29,688 nucleotides of DNA from contig BAAFSQ010000113.1 of assembly GCA_054661495.1 (NCBI GenBank), positions 1 to 29,688 on the forward strand, read 5' to 3'. The stretch comes from Zygophlyctis sp. KS116 (taxonomy: Eukaryota > Fungi > Chytridiomycota). The position numbers and the translations under genes are program-made. Position 1 is the first letter of the stretch. The number at the start of each line of letters is the position of its first letter. Shown here piece by piece: positions 21,873-29,688 of this stretch. The notes under the pieces were generated by a model. That model was given only the letters and a program-made list of their open reading frames with translations, did not search any database and had not been told where the DNA came from.

Positions 21873-24794
21873 AATTCCAGTCTTTTGAAGTGCAGTAACG
21901 GTTTTCCGCATTTGAGAATCGTTCAAATTTTTGGGTTCAATGGAAAGACTCCGTTCGTAAAAGACATCTTGATCGTGATTCTTTTCAACATTAATAAATG
22001 CCAGCAATCTTTCTCTTATTTCGAGGACTTTCTGAAATTCATAAGGTCGAGTTTGGTACAATTGAAAGTTTTCAATAATTTTGAGGTATCTATCGCATTT
22101 ATCCATATTTATTTGTCCTTTAATATAATCCGGATTTCCATCGTCGAGAAATGTAAGGTCAGTCAAAAAAAGACCTTTGAATCATTCATAGAGATTGGTA
22201 CCTAAAAATGGAATGCAAGGTAGTTTTGCACGTTTTAAGGCCTGTCGATATGCTTGAAAATTCTTAGAGAACTTAATAGATTGTCTAACCAAATCAAGAG
22301 TTGCGTGGTATTTTTCTGGAAGCAACTTTTAATGAGCCATAAAAATTCGCTTACATCCCAAGTTTTTTGTAAACGATCAATTGGGGAAGAACTTAATGCC
22401 GAGTTGATTGCAAATACAGCATTATAATTAGAAAGACCCATTAATGACTAGATTTGGTCAGCTAAATAGATTATTACTCCACATATTCGAACAAAGAATT
22501 TCAATATATTCGCTCTCTGCCGTATATCGTCTTCTTCAAGAATGGACCGTATTATCCATTCACTCATCTATGTTAAGTTGTAATTTTCCCTACCTTTGTT
22601 GAAAATGAGACCAGAGCTCGAACATTTAAGGCCCCGGTATTTTTGTTTTTTGTTGCCCATTTTTGCTTTAACAGTTCATCAGGAGTAATTTTCAAAAATA
22701 GTTCCATCTCTATCAGGCAAATTTGTCTTGATACCTCACGTTTGTCAATATCATATAATTTCCAGGATTTGAGTTTGGGCAAAATTGGCTTTGGTAGATT
22801 GGCTTGATGCACATCAGGTTTTCCAGAATTATGTTTCTATGATTTTAAATAATTTCAGATAAATTACTACTTTTGACAGCATCATTAGAACAGGATTGAT
22901 TATTTTTGGTTCAATTTTGTCTTTCAAGTCAATTTTGAAAAACTTGTAAATGTCGTTTAAATGGTCTGAATCAAGAGAGCGAACCCAAAAATATTCAGCC
23001 CATGTTGCAAGCAATTTAGCGGCACTTAATTTGAGTTTTTAAAATCATTACTTCAAAACAATGGTATGATTTTGCTCATGGTCCCGTAAAAAATTTGTAA
23101 CCACTAAGAGAAGCTCATCGCCACTTCCAAATAAGTGAAAGCAAAGTAAAAATCCTTTCATGCTGTCGATATCTATCATGATTATTATAAAAACGGCCCA
23201 CCTGACCCTTCTATGATTCTTTGAATAGCATTAGCAAAACTTTGTTTGGCTGAAACATCCTATTATTAAAGAAATTCGCATTACATTTTTTATAATGCTT
23301 TCCCGAGTTCTATTAATATAAGCAGATTCTAAGCTTCTGCTTTCTCTACCTTGTGTAAATATTGTACTTATTGGCTGTGTTTCCGATGTCGGTAATCGAG
23401 ACCATTCAGCATATGCTAAATATGATTTTCTAAGAAGTTTGCTGGCGGATTTAGTGTCCACGATTGAGATATATTCATGGAGTTTTAGAGGATCATGCAA
23501 TTGAAACGAGATAAGTTTATCGAATGCGAGCATTAATTCCTTGATCGAAATCGTCATCTTTTCCACAAAATCAGGGGTTTTCAATATTTTTATCTGTTCA
23601 TCGACATTTTCTTTGTCAGATATCAATGAATCATTGATGATATTGATACATATGTTTCTTTTCTCTAACATATTTAGTAAAGCTGATTCTCGTTTGATTC
23701 CAGAAATATTCCCTACAATCTCTACGTAAGATATTAAAATCCCAAGAGCCTGTAAAAGAATTCCTAAATTTTTGAAAACTTCGTATTTTCCTGAACTTGG
23801 ATCGTATACAAATTTCTTGAGCCATGAGAGAGAAATGAAAACTTCATTTGATAAAAATTCTGATTGATTTTTAAATTCACTGATAATATATTCGATAAGA
23901 AGATTGTTAAATTCATCCCTGGAAATTTTAGATGATTCAGGAAATAATTTTAGTGACGTCTGTAATGATATATATGACTTTAGTGCTAGACCCACCTGGC
24001 CTGCTTGATATAACGCATTATCTTTAGAGTCGGATAAATACCAGTAAGAATTCAGGACTATGGATGCTACGATCAGCTTTCCAAGCTTCATCAAAATCCT
24101 TTTCATCCCACTACTAGTAGTAGCACAGGAAGCATCACTTGAAGACTTTACAGTAAACTCATTGTAAACCAAGGATGCAATATGGCAACTTTGTGAAATA
24201 GTTTTGATGAAATTTTGGTCTTTCAAGATTGAATCCAACTCCTGAATGGATTTTATGATTGGGTCAATTGAGTCCCCCCATTTTTTATCCAATTCAGATA
24301 TCTTTTCATTATAGTTACAATCGTGAACAGAAGTCGTGATGTTACTGTTATTTACTTGTGAGAAACTAGTCGACTATCATAAAGATGATGATACAATCTT
24401 ACATTTCTTTGATATACTTCATTCAGAGATGATGCAATTTCATTGGTAATCACATTTACATAAGACACATGACCTCCTGCGACAGTTGATAGTTGCCAAT
24501 GCGCCGGAAGCTCAAAAGTTAATGCAAAACTCTTACCGATGATCCTAGCAAATTCTTTAGCGAAGAAGAAAACGGTAAAGCCTCTTTGTCTTGATTTGAA
24601 TTATTTGTATTTGAGTCATTTTGATTGATTGTTACACAATTTGCAGGAAACCATCCTTTTTTCCCATTGAGAGATCCATAGTACCAGTCTTTATCGTCTT
24701 TACCAAGTATTATTATATCATCACCTTCTTTAATTGAAAATGACGGATCATCAGTGGATATGAATCCATTGATCGCTGTTGCAGTCGGTTTCAT
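21867..24794 (-). CDS. CDC25: Cdc25-type Ras guanine nucleotide exchange factor (SH3 - WW-like - REM - CDC25); about 882 aa
   Basis: SH3 (DWYYGSLNGKKGWFPANCV), WW-like LPAHW...YVN..TNE, catalytic VSRQICLIE, NYNAVFAINSAL, PCIPFLG, DLTFLDDGNPD. Ten introns: 24536-24511, 24402-24374, 23284-23260, 23201-23173, 23051-23025, 22867-22837, 22593-22568, 22477-22448, 22354-22326, 22201-22175. Confidence 0.88.
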
Positions 24795-24833
24795 AGTAAA
24801 ATGACGTGGATAAGTGACGTAGATATACAAAAG

Positions 24834-26134
24834 TTAAAACTTTATTGTTGAAATAATTGCATCCGCACATCTAGCTGCATTCGGCACATAATATTTTTCA
24901 AAAGCCAATGGAAATGGAGTATCCCATCCACAAACACGTCTAATTGGTGCTTCCAAACGGAGAAAACATCTTTCCTGAACCGCTGCTGCTATTTCTCCAG
25001 CGAAACCACCAGTTATAGGGGCCTCATGAGAGATCAAAAGACGTCCTGTTTTGTTAACTGACTGAACGATTGTTTGACAGTCCCAAGGAAGAATGGTCCT
25101 CAAATCGATTAGCTCTGCCTTCAGCCCAGGAATAGTTTTCTGAGCTATTTTGATGGCATTTTCTAGTGTGTATATTTGAGATCCCCAACCCACAATTGTT
25201 ATATCTGTGCCTGAATTAAATAAACATTTCCAATTTTTACCTTGAGTCAAAATTTCTGCTTTAGACAATGGAAGCGTATAATCCTCGACAGGAACTTGTT
25301 CTACTAAACTCTTTTAATCTCAAAATGAATTACCAGCAGCCCGATACAAAATTTTTGGCTCAATGAAAATCACTGGGTTCTGATCTCTGATAGAAGCCAA
25401 TAAAAGACCTTTAGCTTGAATAGGAGACCTAGGAATTACAACCTTTAATCAAAATAATAAATATCTTACTTTCAGCCCTGGAGTATGTGCAAAATACGCT
25501 TCTGGAGATTGACTATGATAAAGCCCTCCATGACCTACAGCCATTCCAGGCATTCTAATAGTGAGACCTCCTTATGTTTAGTATAAAAACAATTACCACA
25601 ATTGAATTCATTCCCTGAACGATATCTATATTTTGCAGCTTCATTTACAATTTGATCAAAAGCAGGAAAGACATAATCAGCAAACTGAATTTCAGCAATT
25701 GGAGTATGTCCAAGAGCCGCCATTCCAACTCCAAACCCGACTATTCCCTGTTCTTATTTTATGAAAAATAGTCGTATACCTGAGAGCGGTGTATTAAACA
25801 CTCTATCTTTGCCATACTTTTCTTGTAGTCCGAGAGTGCAACGGAAAACCCCTCCAAAACCAACGTCTTCGCCAAAAACCACTCTGATTTAGTAAAATTA
25901 AATACCAGCCTTATCATCTGAGCTGAGTGCAATGGACATTGCGTCATTGATAGCCTGGCATGTGTTCATTTTCTTCGTTTCCTTTGAGGTCAAATGTAAT
26001 TCGTTATTCTCAAATGTTTGCTCAGCAGAATGTTTAATAAACTGCGATTCTCCAACTCCTGATAAAAATCCTTCTGCAGGCGGGGGAGCTGAAGCTAAAG
26101 AACGGAACCATGGTTGGATATAACGCTTAATCAT
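24834..26134 (-). CDS. BCKDHB: Branched-chain 2-oxoacid dehydrogenase E1 beta subunit, mitochondrial; 378 aa
   Basis: [65 protein letters not shown]. Introns 25905-25882, 25779-25753, 25596-25571, 25469-25443, 25333-25304, 25240-25211. Confidence 0.95.
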
Positions 26135-26178
26135 GAGATCAGATTACAAATGACCGAGACTCGCGTTTAACTGTCATT

Positions 26179-29100
26179 ATGTTAAGACGATGGTATCATT
26201 ATAATAAGCAAACTCATGGATATCGATTACCGCGTCCATTTGATATGCCTGATTGTAAGAATACACTCTGCTTATACTCAGATACAAAAGAAGAACTTGA
26301 AAATCGGATTCAAAATTCAAATCTGCTTCGGTTTGTACAGCAGTTTAGAATACATGGACATCGGGCTGCTGAATTAGATCCGTTGGGCCTACTTCCAAAG
26401 GAGTATTTTCAATTTTTTTATTTAAAGAGATATCTACCAACTAAATCCGCTCCGATTTGGCCTGACAGAAAACGCCCGGTTTAAATTATCAGGGATTTTG
26501 CATGTTGGTAAAAGCTCAAATCCAGCAGTCTCAAAAGATGAAGCGTCACTAGATACGATACTTTCGCACTTAAAAAAGACATATACTGGGTATTTTTGAA
26601 GACTGACATTAGAAAAATTGGATTTGAATTTTCTCATTTGCCAAGTGCAAGTGAAAGGCGATGGTTTGCTCATTATATAGAATCTTTTGATCGAAAGGAA
26701 TTTACGCCATCAGAAAAAGTAGAAATGTATAAATTGCTTGCCAAATCAGAAGTAAGCTTGAAATATTAATATTAGATTTTTGACACATTTATGGGGAAAA
26801 AGTTTCCTCATGTGAAGCGTTATGGATTAGAAGGCGCTGAAACAATGCTAGTGTCACTCGACTCTATTTTTAAGCAGGGAAACTGTACTGGTCTTAAAGA
26901 AATTATATTATGCATGCCGCATAGAGGTATGAAAGTTTCTTTAAATATCAGGGCGTCTTAATCTTTTGGCAGTCATGCTAAATATGCAGCCAATGAAAAT
27001 ATTTTCAAAAGTTAAGGGGAATTCAGAATTTCCAGAGGATTCACCTTTCAGCGGAGATGTGCTCTCTCATTTAGGTTTATTAGTCTTGCTAAGAATAGGC
27101 ATTTCTTCAAATTTATCTTATGGATTTGAGAGCGAAGTTAACGTGTCAGTTTTGGAAAATCCTTCACATTTGGAGGTGAGAGTTTTGGTTTCATTGTAGG
27201 CCGCCAATCCTGTAGCGCTGGGTAAAACCCGTGCCAGACAAATGTCGTTGATTAAATCTACTAATAATGAAGACTGTTATATTGGTGATAAAGTCATGTG
27301 TCTTCAAATCCACGGAGATTCAGCCTTTACAGGACAAGTAATACTCTCTTCAATAATCAACAGGGAGTAGTCACAGAAACGCTTGGCTTATCAAATCTTC
27401 CTAATTTTTCTGGTGGAGGATCAATTCATGTATTTTCTGTATTTTATGCTTTAGATAATAGTAAATAATCAAATAGGCTATACAACACCGTCAATGAATT
27501 CTAGGTCATCTATATACACTTCTGATATTGGAAAGATGATCAATTGCCCTATCATTCATGTAAATGCTGATTTTCCGGAGGAAGTTGCTTATGCTTCTTT
27601 AATAGCATTTGATTATAGAAATAAGTTTCGAAAAGATGTTATCATAGATCTTATTTCATACAGAAGGCTAGGTCATAATGAATTGGATGAACCCGCTTTT
27701 ACTCAGCCGATAATGTATGAAAATATAAGGAATCGAAAGTCTGTTCCTCGATTATATGAAGGGAAAATATGTGTAATCAATTTTCAATTTTTTGATTCAC
27801 AGAGCGAAGGGATGATTACAAATGAGGAAGTTCATTTGATCAAAGATGATTTCTATAAATTCTTAGACAAGCAGCTGGAGTCAAGTGATAGCTACAAGCC
27901 AGAGCTGCCAGTAAATCTTAATCAAAAAAGAAAACAATCTGATTTGGATACTGGTCAGGATTTTTTTATTGATTTTACAGGTTTTAACCCAGCGGACTTG
28001 CTCAAAATAGGACTTTGTTCAGTAGAAACACCCGAAAAAATGGTGACTTTCATTGAATAATATTCAGAAAATTCATCCGAGATTAATGAAGTATCATATT
28101 TTGGGAAGAATATCGAAAATCAATCAAGGAAATGGGATCGATTGGGCCACAGCAGAAGCATTGGCTTTCGGATCACTTTTGGTGGATGGTAATCACGATT
28201 TGATTGAAAAAAGGATGTGATATTCGATTATCAGGTCAGGATGTTGGTAGGGGGACATTTTCACAGCGACATGCTATGCTGGTTGACCAGGAAACGGAGG
28301 ATATTGTCATCCCGCTGAATCACCTTAATTTTCATTTTGAAAATAAATCTGTAGGAAAGCTGGAAATAGCAAATTCTTCTCTCAGTGAGTTTGCAGTGGT
28401 CGGCTTTGAATATGGTTTCTCCTGGGAAGATCCTAACCGACTATGCATTTGGGAGGCACAATTTGGTGATTTCTTCAATGGAGCCCAAATAATAATCGAT
28501 ACTTTTATTTCGAGTGGTGAATCAAAATGGGCTCGTCAGAGTGGCCTCGTACTGCTTCTTCCTCATGGATATGATGGAGGTGGTCCGGAGCATAGTAGTT
28601 GTAAATTGGAAAGATTTTTACAGGTATTTAATTAATTTTTATTATTTCTAGCTTTGTGACGAATCATTGACTGGAAATTATAACTATTTGGCAAACATGA
28701 ATGTGGTAAATCCTACGACCCCTGCTCAATTTTTCCATGTTTTACGTCGTCATGTGAGTTTTTTGTATTTAAGTATTTGTAGATGATACGAGATTATCGT
28801 AAACCTCTAATTGTGGTAGGACCCAAACTTCTCCTTCGACATCCTGCAGCTGTTTCTTCTTTAGCTGAAATGATTCCAGGAACAAAGTTTCTTCCTGTAC
28901 TAGATGACAATGAAGTAATTAATCCTCTTTCTGTTAAAAGGCTATGCTTTATTTCAGGAAAATTATTCTACGATTTGTCGAAGCAGATCAGAGGAGAACC
29001 TGAAAGACAAAAATATGCTTTTGTTAGGGTAGAGGAACTATGTCCATTCCCCAAACATCAGATAGCTCAAGTAGTTGAAAAGTACGCTTCAGTAGAAGGT

Positions 29101-29322
29101 AATTATGATTAATTTTTAACTAAAGAATGGTTCTGGATTCAGGAAGAGCCTCAAAATATGGGTGCATATTCGTATATTTCTCCTAAGATAGAGCTATTGT
29201 TGCCGAGATCAGCCAAATTAAAATATGTAGGACGCCCTGCAGCTGCGGCTCCGGCAACAGGCATAGGAAAAATCCACAGAAAAGAGCACACTGAACTACT
29301 AAATTTTTGGAAAAATTTGTAG
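26179..29322 (+). CDS. DHTKD1: 2-oxoadipate/2-oxoglutarate dehydrogenase E1, DHTKD1-like; about 909 aa
   Basis: HGYR N-terminal motif, [90 protein letters not shown]. Sixteen introns starting at 26255, 26403, 26590, 26752, 26927, 27075, 27176, 27338, 27430, 27773, 27954, 28043, 28189, 28624, 28754, 29099. DHTKD1 versus OGDH rests on motif recall. Confidence 0.88.
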
Positions 29323-29409
29323 TTTTCTCCTGTAAAAACGCTTAAGTGATCCAAGATCTGATATTATCCGCATACATACTTGAGTAAAATGTCTAAAATC
29401 TTTTTTTAT

Positions 29410-29674
29410 GGGTGTACGATTTTCGCGCCTTTTCCCTTTGAGAAATATTTTCGGTCCATTAAGCTCACATATTTCATTGGTCTTTAGTCTCGGTGATGAA
29501 AGACATGTAAGGTTTACAAAGAATCACCCTACCCTACGAACAACCCATTTGCAAACCACATTTCGGTCCGATAAAGATGGTGTTCAGATCGACAATTCCC
29601 ACAATTTTTCGCAAAGAAATTCGCTCTAAATTGCGCACGCAAAGTTGAAAGTGCAGTTATGCAATTAGTTAAAA
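29410..29674. promoter_or_regulatory. Probable regulatory region upstream of a gene starting near 29675
   Basis: TTTCGCGCC (E2F-like) at 29421-29429, TTTCGGTCC at 29449 and 29561, and AAAAATGG start context at 29671-29678. Confidence 0.35.
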
Positions 29675-29688
29675 ATGGCTACTCTAGC

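Noticed and set aside
29526-29537. ACCCTACCCTAC as a telomerase RNA template for TAGGG repeats
   Set aside because: Short match with an unknown telomere repeat, and no supporting pseudoknot or other TER element could be identified.

Overview
AT-rich eukaryotic nuclear DNA from an extremely compact genome, most consistent with an early-diverging fungus (chytrid-like; inferred from protein families, not proven). The fragmented ORF track is explained by tiny GT-AG spliceosomal introns. I traced 63 by hand, all 23-32 nt, and they join the fragments into intact in-frame genes. The window holds 21 protein genes: two tandem SGNH/PC-esterase-like paralogs (first one partial), a GPI-type protein, an alpha/beta-hydrolase-like protein, a pepsin-family protease, ERCC1/Rad10, Mex67/NXF1, an F-box/LRR protein, a J-domain protein, a 2OG-Fe(II) oxygenase, Sas10/Utp3, Rab18, NAT9, an importin-13-like karyopherin, an ACC-synthase-like aminotransferase, a GT2 membrane glycosyltransferase, a signal-peptide ankyrin protein, an uncharacterised protein, a Cdc25-type RasGEF, BCKDH E1-beta and DHTKD1. 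The most unusual biology is the gene architecture: micro-introns with relaxed 3' splice sites and an apparent 23-nt floor, divergent start codons only 10-18 bp apart, and overlapping CDS ends. There is also an isolated Pol III B-box in a 44-bp spacer and a G-U-extended hairpin. I found no CRISPR array, rRNA, complete tRNA or mobile element. Gene models are manual and unverified by transcripts.
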